From the NCBI RefSeq assembly GCF_009914755.1, contig NC_060935.1: a DNA stretch of 64,000 nt; one strand, written 5' to 3'. The notes beneath the pieces are model-generated. The model saw only the letters and a list, made by a program, of their open reading frames with translations. It was not told where the DNA came from and did not search any database. The position numbers and the translations under genes were made by a program. The stretch is from the human T2T-CHM13v2.0 reference genome, Homo sapiens. This document shows positions 17,765 to 40,385 of the stretch, piece by piece; position 1 is the stretch's first letter; each line of letters begins with the position of its first letter.

Positions 17765-19085
17765 ATGTGCTGTCCCTTTGGCTATACTTCTTGATGACTG
17801 GGTTATAATCTCAAAACAGAACCTAGGCTGGGATGTAGGCATGGAAGGGTCTCTGTCCTCCACCTGCTGTTAGTGTACAAGTCATGTTTTAAATACAGTA
17901 GACTGAGAATAATCCTACATAGTTGTTTAATTCCTTTAAGAAAGATTTAGTATCCATGATAGAAATGAGCACCATTGGATCAACCAGGAAATAGAGTAGA
18001 AAGTTTGACCTCCTGTAGGCCCATGGCCTTGGGAAACAGCGATAGCAGAATATTTCCGTATCTTTCTTCAAGATCAATAGGGTGAGACTAGTTTTTATTC
18101 TTGGCACTCTAGGAACTAAACCTTTAGTGATCCCTTAGGACCATCCTTCTTTATTTCAATGACCACTCTCCAGTTAGTAAGAACATCATTCTGAAACATG
18201 CTCATGAGGATCTTGAGATGTTTCTAACAAAACCTCAAGTCCTGCCTGTGTGATTCTATTCTTCATATTGGGAAACCTTAGGCAATAGGGTTTATTGACT
18301 AGATACTTGTTATTTCAAATAACTGGGTGAAGGTAGACATCTTTTAATCTCCATCAGTGTTTCCTGCTGGCAGAACCTAAAGGTGAGGCTTGAAAATCTA
18401 ATTTTTGAACTCTTGGCTCCAACATTGTAGGGCAGAGAGAGGCACATGTGGTAGTGAGACAACAGGTAAGCAACACACATAGGCTTGCTGCACCAACAGC
18501 GCTACTGCTTTCTATTTTAGTAAGGGGACCAGTAAGGATTTGTGTGTTAATTAGGACTAAAGTTGGTTACAGTTCACTTATTCATTCTCCCTTTCTTCCT
18601 CCCTGCCTCTCTCTCTTTCATATCTAGTATTCATTTGAAATGAACGAATCCCTGTTACTTTTGTTGAAAACATTACTAGACATTTTCATCATCCTTTAAA
18701 TATAAACAGTATATTCAGACTCCTCGTGTCCTTCTTCAAAAAACCCCGGTAATTTAAGAATGAAAACAAACTGGAAAACTCAGAAAATGGCGATAAAAGT
18801 GGGTAGTTTCCATTTCAGCAATGAAGACATGCAAGAATTTTTGTATTAATTAGGACCAAGAATGGATAGAGTTTGTGTATTTAATCTCTCTCTTTCATAG
18901 ATAGCATTCATTTGGAATGAACTTATTACTTTCATTCATAAAATATTTCTGTTTTTCCATTGTCCCTTAAAGTCAAAAGCCCACCAAGTCCAGAATAGGA
19001 GCCAGCGGTGGTAAAGGCAGACAGAGAGTGATAACCCTAATCACTGTCCCAGAGCTGTGATGCTTCATTCTTGAAAGGAGGATTG

Positions 19086-19543
<458 letters not shown>

Positions 19544-20807
19544 TCACGCCGGCCGCCGCCTTCCTGCTGACCCTGCTGTTGCAGCTTCTGCCGCTCGGCC
19601 TGCTCCTGGGCCGCGCATTCTTCCAGGACCTGATCCGCTTTGGGAAAACAAGTGTTGGGGGGCCTCCGCGCCCCGCCGCCTGTCGCACCTTTGATGTCCC
19701 CAAGAGATATTTTTTCCTACTTCTCCCACTTCTATATCATCTCAGTGCTGTGGAATGGCTTCCTGCTTTGGTGCCTTACTCCATCTCTGTTCCTGGCAGC
19801 ATCTTTTCCAAGCTGGCTTTATGGTTTGCTCAGAATTCTCAGGGCAGCACAGTTCCAGGGAGGGAAGCTGGCGCTGTCTGCGTTCTTAGTGCTGGTATTT
19901 CCGTGGCTGCGCAGCTTACGAAGAGTGCTTCTAAGTCAGTGTCTTCTCCAATGGCACGACTCACATCGTGCAATACTGTTTTGGACTTGCCTACTATGTC
20001 CTTGTCGGCCTATCTGTGCTGAGCCAAGTGCCAATGGATAGCAGGAATGCCTATGTAACAGGGAAAAAGCTACTGATGCAAGTGCGGTGGTTCCATATTC
20101 TCGGGATGATGATATTCATCTGGCCATCTGCCCATCAGTATAAGTGCCATGTCATTCTCGGCAATCTCAGGGTAAATAAAGCAGGAGTGGTCATTCACTG
20201 TAACCACAGAATCCCATTTGGAGACTGGTTTGAATGTTTTCTTCCCCTGACTACTTAGCAGATCTGATGATCTACATTTCCATGGCTGTCACCTTTGGGT
20301 TCCACAACTTGGTGAATAGTGGTGACATATGTCTTCTTCAATCCGGCCCTGCCTGCCTTTCTCAGCCACAAATTCTACAAAAGTAAATTTGTCTCCTACC
20401 CGAAGCATAGGAAAGCTTTCCTATCATTTTTGTTTTAAGTCAACCTCAGTCATGAAGAATGCAAACTAGGTGATGGTTTCCATGCCTAAGGACAGTGAAG
20501 TCTGGAGTCCAAAGTACAGTTTCTGCAGAACTGCTTGAAACTCTCTGTTCCATTTCTATGCCCCACAAGTTTTCACTGAATGAGCATGGCAGTGCCACTC
20601 AAGAAAATGAATCTCCAGTGTCTTCAAAGAAGAAATACTAATGGCAGATCTGCGATTTCTGTGTCCACTTTCTGAGATACTCTATAAAAACCAACCGGTA
20701 AAAAGTAGATGAGACTTCTCCAAGCTGCTTCACAAGCAAACTAACCAAAAATATATAAACAGTGTCACACATGCACACACACACACATACACAAAGGAAG
20801 AGATAAG

Positions 20808-21195
20808 TGCAAGGCTCTTGTATTGGTTCGAAACCCGAGAACGTGCCAACAAACACCACAAGGCGGTGTGGAGCAACAGGCTGTTTTAATGAGCACCTGG
20901 GTGCAGACGGGCTGAGGCGTAAAATGGTGTCAGCCCTAAGTGAAGACGGGGCAGGGGTTTTATAGTTTCCTATAAACAGGAAGTGTCCCAGTCTGACGTA
21001 ACTGCTACGTGGTACCCGGATGGCCTCTCTCTCGATCTGCAGGGGGCACATGTCTTCTGGCCAGCTCACTTCCTGCTTCTTCTATCTTGCTGAGGCACAG
21101 TGCTGGTGCAAGTGGCCTTGCGCCTTGGGACTGGGCCTGAGGAGGGAGGAGTTACTCATCCCCCTAAGCTTTCAGGCCCTGGGGAGAATCTTTCA
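20808..21195 (-). mobile_element. ERV1-class solo LTR (LTR21-like, tentative) inside the pseudogene 3' UTR
   Basis: TG...CA termini; minus strand begins TGAAAGATTCTCCCCAGGGCCTGAAAGCTT; minus-strand TATAAAA and ATTAAA present; 5-bp flanks ATAAG/ATAAA. Confidence 0.8.
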
Positions 21196-21315
21196 ATAAA
21201 ATCATCAATGGCTGTAACAGCCTGGTAGGAATGGACTATATAATAATACAGCAGGTGCTCAATAAATATTTGTTGCATTTCAGTAAAAGCAGAATAAACT
21301 TTGAAAATAATAAAA

Positions 21316-21617
21316 GGCTGAGTGCAGTGACTCACACCTGTAATCCCAGCATTTCGGGAGGCCGAGGTGGGCAGATCGCTGGGGCCCAGGAGTTGGAGAC
21401 CAGCCTGGGCAAGATGGCGAAACCCTGTCTCCATCAAAAAATATAAAAATTTGCCAAGAGTGGTGGCAGGCACCTGTAGTCCCAGCTCCTTGCAGGTGGG
21501 CTGAGGTGGAAGGATCGCTTGAGCCTGGGAGGTTAAGCGTGCAGTGAGTCAAGATCACACCACTGCACTCCAGCCTGGGCAACAGGGCAAGACCCTGTCT
21601 CAAAATAATAATAATAT
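21316..21617 (+). mobile_element. AluJ-like element within the pseudogene 3' UTR
   Basis: Diverged Alu with J diagnostics (ggatcgcttgagcc, gaccctgtctc). Confidence 0.9.
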
Positions 21618-24600
21618 ATAGTTTTACACCAAAAGTTTCGGGGAAAAATGAGTTTGCTGGAGTTAATTTATACTTTCATGCATTACCACAAAGATCTCCA
21701 GTTACATAACTATCAATAGCCATTTCCACTCATCTCCCCCTCGAATCATAGCCTAATGGAACGTTTTGAAAGCTTCTTTATTTAATATTTCTTTTATGTC
21801 CTTTGAAGGGAGCACTTCAAAAGTGAAAGCATCAGAACATAAAATATATTTATGCATAGCAAGCCTTCTTGAATGGAAATGACACACTCTGGATTGAATA
21901 ATACAGTAGCCTCATTCATATGTAGTTATTTAAATTGGATTAATGTCTGCCTGAGTTTATTTGAACTAACAGAATGTATCTGAAGATATTCAGGAATGAA
22001 GTTTATATTTAAAATAGCTTATGTTAAAGAAAATACCTGTGATTAATTCAGAGGGAAATAAATGCATGGTATAAAAGAAAACCCAAAACTTGAAAAATAA
22101 TACTGTAGCCTGGGCAACACAGTAAAAACTGCACGTTTGTGCAGCATAACATCTTCCGGCTTATTGGCTGAGGTGTTAAGTTTATTCCTTTTATGCAGAT
22201 GTCCTGTTACAGTCAGCCAAGCACTAAAGCTTTGCATTTATGTGTACTTTGCTATGGGGGAAAGAACCTTATGATTAATAAGACACATATCAAATGCGTA
22301 GTCAATCATCCCCGCCCCATCCCTGGAGCTGTAACCCAAAACTGTTAAACTAAAAATCTTTTTAATATCTTTAAATACATGCATGTCAAGAACATTCAAA
22401 AGTTCTTGCAGCAATTTTGATAGAACATTTTCTCTCCCAACAATTAACACCACTTAATTAAGATTAATCTGTGGCCCAGTCTATTTAAATAAATGCCATA
22501 TTTATTTTACTTATTTAGAATTTGCCATTCTCAGAAAAAAAACTCTTTGTACATTGGAAATGAAAAGCATATTGCAGTTTGGTCTTAATTTCCACGTGAA
22601 TGTCACGCTTAATTTTAAATAAATTTTTGGGGAAAAATGTATTTTATTTTTAGCATGCAATTTTATGCCCAGGTTAGACTAGGGATTTGGCTGATGTTCT
22701 GGAATCTCATTGTACTGTTAAGTAATGAGCATGCTCAATGACACACCCTGTCAGGGGTTGTGAGAAAGCTGCAGTGTTCAGTTTCCCACCCGTTTCCTTT
22801 TCCTGCTGTCTCTCTCTGACTCATTCCTGCTTCTTACTTTCCCTTTTCCTTCTTTGTCCAAACATTACATTTCTAGGCAAAGATAAAAGAGGAAATAGTG
22901 ATGTCCTGAAAGGGATTCAGAACAAAGTAGCATGGCCTTTGGTGAAAGCTTCACCTATGGGAAATAATTGAGAATTGTGCTGTGCTTGCAATGTCAGAAT
23001 CAGTACTGTTTTTTTTTTTTTTGTATTGGTGAAAATATTCCACGTACCTAAAGGGAGAGCATCAGGGAGTTTGCAAATTCTTCACAAGGATCCAGAAAAA
23101 GCTTAGAGGTGGAGAGTCATGATTTTCCTGTTGGCTTAGTTGAATAGCCGTAATCTTTCATTTTCTACTACCACTAAGTTAGGGGGAATGACATTGAACT
23201 ACCTCATTAGCAGCCTTGCCTGGATTAACTACTGATTGAAAAAGTGTGCTGGAAATAGCCTTTGTTTTTGTTGAAGCTCATCCTACACACTAACATTTGC
23301 TTACAGTAAGCATGGATTATTTTGTCTCTGCCAAGCTGTGTTCTGTATTATATTTTTACTTCAATGTGTGGTTATTGCTAGAATTCCTACAAAAATGCCT
23401 TTGTAGATATTTTTGTACGTAGTTTAATAGATATTTGGTTTAAGGAGGCTGCAACATTTGCATAAAGTACCTGAAAACTCAAGAACCATTGATAAGTGAG
23501 ATCTCTCAAAATGAGCTGATACATTAAAGAGGACCTTAAAACAGAAAAAAGTAAATATATATAAAAAAAGTTCTAAAGAGAGAAAAAAAGCACTTCCATT
23601 GATCCCCTGCCCCCCTGGATTAGTCCCATCCATGGGAAGTTATCTATATCTTATACATTTATGTACATATCTTCCATTTTTGAAAGATAGGTTTATAAAA
23701 TAATAAAAATTTCAGAAATAAATAGCATGTAGATAGGTAACATAAAAAAAAGAAAAATGATGAAAACTGAGGTAGTTTGGAAAGCCTAAACCATTTTTTG
23801 AGGGTATAGTCCATATTTAGCCAAAGCACAAACGTACATCTTCTAATTTTCAAAAGAATGCAGAAGGTTAGTATAAAATTTCCTGCTTTTTAATGTTAGT
23901 TATAAAACATTTAAAAAGCAATAGTAATAGGAAAGAGTTACCAATATTTGATCTTTGATAATAGAATAAATGAAGCAAAATGACTGTCATATGGTAGCTG
24001 CTCAATACATGTTACTTCTCTTTTGCACACTAGTTCCAAAATACTTGCTGACTGCAGGACAGCTGTTTTAGTTGCTAAGCCCTGAACTTCCCTTCACACT
24101 CAGGCGGACTCTGGGAGTATTCGCTTTATTGTCTGCCTTGAAGTTTCCATTTCTCTAAGGAGCTCTGTGAGTCTATGATGGCCCTTCAGAGAACATGTAA
24201 CACAAAACATCACATTCTTTGCCAACTATTCATGTTGTATCTTTCTACTTTTTGACCCTTTACTCTTTTAAGAAACTGGCCATGTGTAGAAGTGGAACAT
24301 GCTTTGCTTGCTTTGCCCTACTATTGCCTGATATATTCATGTAAGTAGCTCCAGACACTCCAGCGAGTTTACCTATGGAACCTTCCAGGAGAAGACGCTC
24401 CCCCTGTGCCATTCTGGCTTGAAGCTTCCTCATATAAGGTGCTGCATCATTTGCAATGAGTAGGAAAACATGTAACAGGTCTCCAGAGTCATCTGATTTC
24501 AGTATCTAATCCCTCCAATCACTGGGTGACAGAGTTTAGTCACAGAAAGCCATCAGCTTATGATAGTTGAGGTAATTCAATGTCTGTCTTACATTTAAAA

Positions 24601-24985
24601 GAATGAGGCAAAATAATTTTTTTATAGTAATATACATATCTGGAACAGCCAAAGGGACTGGCTTTAAGTAAATTTAAAATAGTAAGAGAAATCAGTAAAT
24701 TATCATTTTAAAAGTAATGACACTCAATAGAATTAATGTACTTAATATACATGCATATTAAACATAAAATATAGAAAATGCATGATATGTATGATATGTA
24801 CTATATATAGAAAATACATACAATGATCACAAGCATAATAAGTACGTTTCATGTTTGTTATAGGTTACAAATATTGCAGAAATGAAATTTTGGTCACAGT
24901 GGCAAACAAACATACAACATTTAGAAAAGAAATATAAGACACATGTAGCACCTTTAAAGAGGAAGTCTTAAAAAATCTGGAATAT

Positions 24986-25461
24986 GGGATGGCTGGGTCA
25001 AAGGGTATTTCTAGTTCACAATAGCAAATACTTGGAACCAACCCAAATGTCCATCAATGATAGACTAGATTAAGAAAATGTGGCACATATACACCATGGA
25101 ATACTATGCAGCCATAAAAAATGATGAGTTCATGTCCTTTGTAGGGACATGTATGAAGCTGGAAACCATCATTCTCAGCAAACTATCGCAAGGACAAAAA
25201 ACCAAACACCGTGTGTTCTCACTCATATGTGGGAATTGAACAATGAGAAGAACACTTGGACACAGGAAGGGGAACATCACACACCGGATCCTGTTTTGGG
25301 GGAGGGGGGAGGGGGGAGGGATAGCATTAGGAGATATACCTAATGTAAATGACGAGTTAATGGGTGCAGCACACCAACATGGCACATGTATACATATGTA
25401 ACTAACCTGCACGTTGTGCACATGTACCCTGAAACTTAAAGTATAATAAAAAAAAAATATA
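24986..25461 (+). mobile_element. Short young L1PA 3' end with a 5' inversion
   Basis: Sense L1 3' end 25015-25461 preceded by about 32 bp of antisense L1. Perfect 16-bp TSD AAAAAATCTGGAATAT at 24970-24985 and 25462-25477. Confidence 0.95.
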
Positions 25462-25479
25462 AAAAAATCTGGAATATAA

Positions 25480-32211
<6,732 letters not shown>

Positions 32212-33410
32212 CTATTTATTTTTAATGGACAAAAATTGTATATATTTGTGGTATACAAAGTGATGTTTTGATATATGTATACATTGTAGAATGGCTAAAT
32301 TGAGTTAATTAACATATTCTTAGTTCCACATACTAACCTTTATTGTAGTCATAAAATTTAAAATCTTCTTTCTAAAATTTCAAGTAGATAGGAGGAATAA
32401 TTTCAAGAGATATATTGTACAACATGGTGACTACAGTTAATAACAATGTATTGTATTTTGAAAATCACTGAGAGTAGATTTTAAATGTGTTTTGCTGCAA
32501 AGCATAAGTGTATAAGGAAATGTGTATGAGGTATGTTAATTAGCTCAGTGTAGTCATTCCATATTTTAGGTTGATGCATAAGTAATTGCGTTTTTTTTTC
32601 TTTGCCATTGAAAGTAATGGCAAAACACTGCAATTACTTTTGCACCAAACTAATACATATTTTAGGCACGTTTGGGGTGGTGTGGTCACAGACTACATAT
32701 ATGTTTTAAAACATCATGTTGTATATGATAAACATGTACAATATTTAGTTGTCAAAAAAGAAAATATAGTAAAATGCTCAGCAATTTTCAAGTATACAAT
32801 ACCTTGTTATTAATAATTATATAATTGTATACAATTTTCAAGTACGCAGTACATTGTGACATTGTTATAGTCACCATGTTGTACAATAGATCTCCTGAAC
32901 TTATTCCTCTTGTCAAACTGAAATTTTGTATCCTTTGACCAACATCTCCCCAGTCCCTTTCCTCCCACCGTTGCCCCATGGAAACCATTACTCTACACTT
33001 TGCTTCTATGAGTTTGACTTTTTAAGATTCTATATATAAATAAAATCATGCAGTTTTGTCTTTTTTAATTTTACTTTTAATTGGTAAATATATATATTTG
33101 TGGGGTACAATGTGATGTTTTGATACCTGTATACATTATGGAATGATATAATCAGGCTAATAAACATATCTATCACATACTTATCATTTCTTTGATAAGA
33201 AATGGTGAGAACATTTAAAATCTGATATTTTAGTAACTTTGAAATATAGAATACGTTATTATTAACTACAGTCACTATGCTGTGCAAATGGAACACCTGA
33301 ACTTACTCTTCCTAGCTGAATTTTGTACCCCTTGACTAATATATCTCCCCTTTCCCTGTGTCCCTCCCCACAAGTCTGGTAACCACTATTCTATTTCTAT
33401 GAGTTGGCAT
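32212..33410. mobile_element. Cluster of L1MA-type 3' UTR fragments in mixed orientation
   Basis: Repeated L1MA 3'-end text in antisense (about 32215-32385, 32765-33410) and sense (about 32385-32760). Confidence 0.75.
32566..32653. mobile_element. MADE1 (Hsmar1-derived mariner MITE)
   Basis: Near-palindrome ttaggttgatgcataagtaattgcg...ttgccatt gaaagt aatggcaaaa...gcaattacttttgcaccaaactaa, matching the Hsmar1 TIR pair. Confidence 0.92.
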
Positions 33411-34464
33411 ACTGACCTTTCTGGAGGGCTCACCTTAAATTTGAAATAATGACTTCAAGTGCATTATCAAAGAACTCCATCAATGAAGACAAAACTCTAT
33501 TGCATCCCTAAACTGATCCCACAAAGGGCCCTGTGAGTCAGTTGACCTGTGCATGACATCCTCTCAGGTATTTCCAAAGTCCCCAAGAAGGCTTGAGATT
33601 CATGGGCACTGAAAGCAGCTATTTAATTGTATGGGATGCACATTTACTTTTTAGTACCAAAGTTGTCATAAAATGTTATTTTTCTAGAGGCTAAGTGATA
33701 GTGCTGTAAAAGTTTTCTTTTGGTGTGTGCTTGCTGTAGGAGGTAATTTCTTATACTTGAACAATGTGACAGGCATAAAATCATGTGAGGCATCCCAAAC
33801 CTTAACCTCCTTCTGTTTCCTGAACAGTCTTTGCTGCGAGCCTTAGCAAGATGAAGACCTCTATGTGGTTAAAAGGGTGGATTCTTTTTCTTTCCTTGGT
33901 TTTTACTACTTCTGGGCTATTGTCAGGTAGATGAGAAACTTGGGTTTATGGTGGTTTGATTGCATGACTGCCAAGGGATGGGGTTTCTAGTCTGGTGTTA
34001 TTGACAGGATCATTTGTTGCTAATATCCAAGACCAGAGGGTCTCAGTCTGACCAGTTAACTGGTTAATGTCTTTGGAAAACGGTGTTTTTTTCAAGTTCA
34101 TCACTCTATTTGGTTTATGCCTCATCCTCCTTTTTAACACCTTCCTGAATTCTTTTGAACTATGTTCTTAGCCCATCTCCTTTCCTTGGTTTTCCATTTT
34201 AGTGCTCTGATCAAACTTCTACTTTAAATCTTCCTCCCTTTGACACCAAATGTCTGACTGTTCCTCTAAGGCCGTCACAATATTTTGTGATTTGGTGAGG
34301 TGTGAGTGATCTCTCTCAGGTAGCTAAAGAAACTCTGGCTAAAGAGAGAACTCAGGTGCCATCAGCATGTTTTCAACCCTTCCTTTGAACCTGGAAAATT
34401 ATTTTTTTAGGAGACTGCCATGGACTAATTGGAGGATTCATTAATTACTTCCTTTTTGCACTCT

Positions 34465-35262
<798 letters not shown>

Positions 35263-35554
35263 CCTTTAGCTTTTGACAATGGTGCACCTTGTCAATAACA
35301 ATGACACATTTGCCTAGTGTCTGGCCCACTAATTGTGATTTTGTGATCCTATTGCTAGTGTTCCTCAAAGTGTGGTCAGTGGAGCATCTAGTTTGAGTGG
35401 TGGCAGAGAATACTTACAGGCCATAAAAAGGAGAAAACAAACAAACAAACTCAGGTTGTAGAACCAGGAGAAATAACAGGATAAACTCTAAAAGAATTGC
35501 CTAATTGGCATCTCCACTGAGAAGTAGCAGGCATCTTAAGAATTTGAGAGCTGA

Positions 35555-35846
<292 letters not shown>

Positions 35847-36133
35847 TCAGAACTGACTGAATTTATAATTTTGTCCCCAGCCCCAGCCTGCTCCCCTCCT
35901 GGATCCCCTCCTGGCTCCCCTCCTGTATCTCAGTACACGGCAGCTGTTTTCATCTCTACACCATATTCAGTCTGGCAGAAAGTTCTGTGGCTTCTACCAC
36001 TACTAACTTGTGACAGGCTGCTGTATTTCTCAGATAATTGCAGCTGTTGCCTAACTGGTATTTTTTCCTTGGTCCTTGAGAATCTATTAAATATTCTCAA
36101 GACAGCAGCCAGAGCCATTCTGTTAATACCCAG

Positions 36134-36620
36134 TGTATTTATTTTCCAAATCTGCTGTAACAAAGCACCACAAATTGGGGGGCTTAAAACAACACAGGGT
36201 GCTTAAAAAAACTGGGGGGCTTATTCTTTCACAGTTCTGAAGGCTAGAAGTCCAAAATAAAGGTGTCAGCAGGGCCATGATTCCCCTGAGAATCTTAGCA
36301 GAGTCCTTTCTTCCTTCTTCCTAATTTCCAATTGTTCCTCCAATCCTTGGCTTCCTTACCCTGCAGCCATATCACTGCAATCTCTGCCACTTATCACATA
36401 GTGCTTTCCTTTGTGTGTCTGCGTCTTCATGAGGCTGTGCTCCTTCTTCTTATAAGGGCATCAGTTACATTGGATTAAGTGCCCACCCTACTCCTGCATG
36501 ACCTCATCTTAACTAATCACATAGGCAATGACCCTATTTCCAAACAAGGTCATATTCTAAAGTACTAGGGGTTAGGACTTCAATATATCTTTTTGGGAGA
36601 CACAATTCAATCTATAATAC
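36134..36620 (-). mobile_element. MLT1 (MaLR) solo LTR
   Basis: ctgctgtaacaaagcaccacaaa...ggcttaaaacaac...ggctagaagtcc...ggattaag...gggttaggacttcaa...gacacaattcaa. Confidence 0.88.
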
Positions 36621-36816
36621 CAAGTTAGATCATGGCATCCTCTGCAGAAGACCCCTCATTCTATATCTATCCAGGTCACAGTAAAAGTCATATGGTCTTT
36701 ATTATGGCCCACAAAGCCCTAGCACTCTGTATTGTCTCCCAGGGAAGAGGGCTAGAAAGTGCCATCCCTTATCTACCTTGCTGCTCCATCCTCCTAACTC
36801 AACTTTAATTACCTGA

Positions 36817-39499
<2,683 letters not shown>

Positions 39500-39779
39500 C
39501 ACCTTTTCCTCTATGATCAGTTCCTTTGACAACTAAAGAACTCTGCTTAAATGAGGCCTTCCCTGACTCAAAAAATTACTTAAAATCCTATCCTCTGTCC
39601 TACATTAAACTTTTTACCTGCCTTATTCTTTCACAGTATTTATCACCATCTAATGTGATATATAATTTGCTTATTTTTTATTTTCTGTATTCTTTCCTTA
39701 TAATGTCACCTACATGAGGTTTCCAGTGCATAGAAGAGAACTGGCACATGATATATTTCATTTACTCTGACATGGACAG

Positions 39780-40385
39780 TTTTTTACACAGTAAAAAAAT
39801 CAGAATTCTAGAAAGTTTATAATCAGCTATATATAATGATTGGTCAGTGGACAGGAATGCTGTAGCTGTCATCATTTGCACATGGAGAACTTGGTCTGAA
39901 ACTTTCTGTTGGCGCCTCTTGGTAAGGTCAGAGAGTGCTGGCATAAAAATTTGAGAAATAAGTACCACCAATTGGCATACAATCTGGAGAGAAGAATGAA
40001 GCATTCTTTTAAGAGATATTGCATCACCAATGGTGGTGATGGCTCAAAGAGAGATATATTTGTGGGGAAACAGGAACATTGATGACTGCGATCCAAGAAG
40101 TGATTTAGAAGAGTGAGACTCACTGTAAAAATATTTTAGGGTTACTTCAACCAATTAATTTTGTTTATACTTGCTTTTTGTTACACTTGCTTTTGTATAC
40201 AGCACAAGAGTGATATGATTAAAGATGTCCATAAGAGCTCTTTCAATTTTTATAAAATTCAAAGACTAAGTAGTAAAATGTGCCTGATTCATTGGTAGTT
40301 TCTTTAATCCTAAAGATATAAAGTTTCCTTAATCTTCGTATGAAAAATAGTGGTATAGTTAAAGCTTAGATTCAATGAAAAATGG
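39780..40385 (+). mobile_element. Tc2/pogo-type DNA transposon relic (Kanga-like)
   Basis: At about 40000-40065 it translates KHSFKRYCITNGGDGSKRDIF, like the SFKKCCITNALDGTEDD transposase C-terminus. The end cttagattcaatgaaaaatgg resembles the Kanga TIR. Left boundary is approximate. Confidence 0.6.

Noticed and set aside
17515-17780. Cytoplasmic polyadenylation elements expected in an oocyte mRNA 3' UTR
   Set aside because: No canonical TTTTAT or TTTTAAT found in this interval; only loose T-rich runs.
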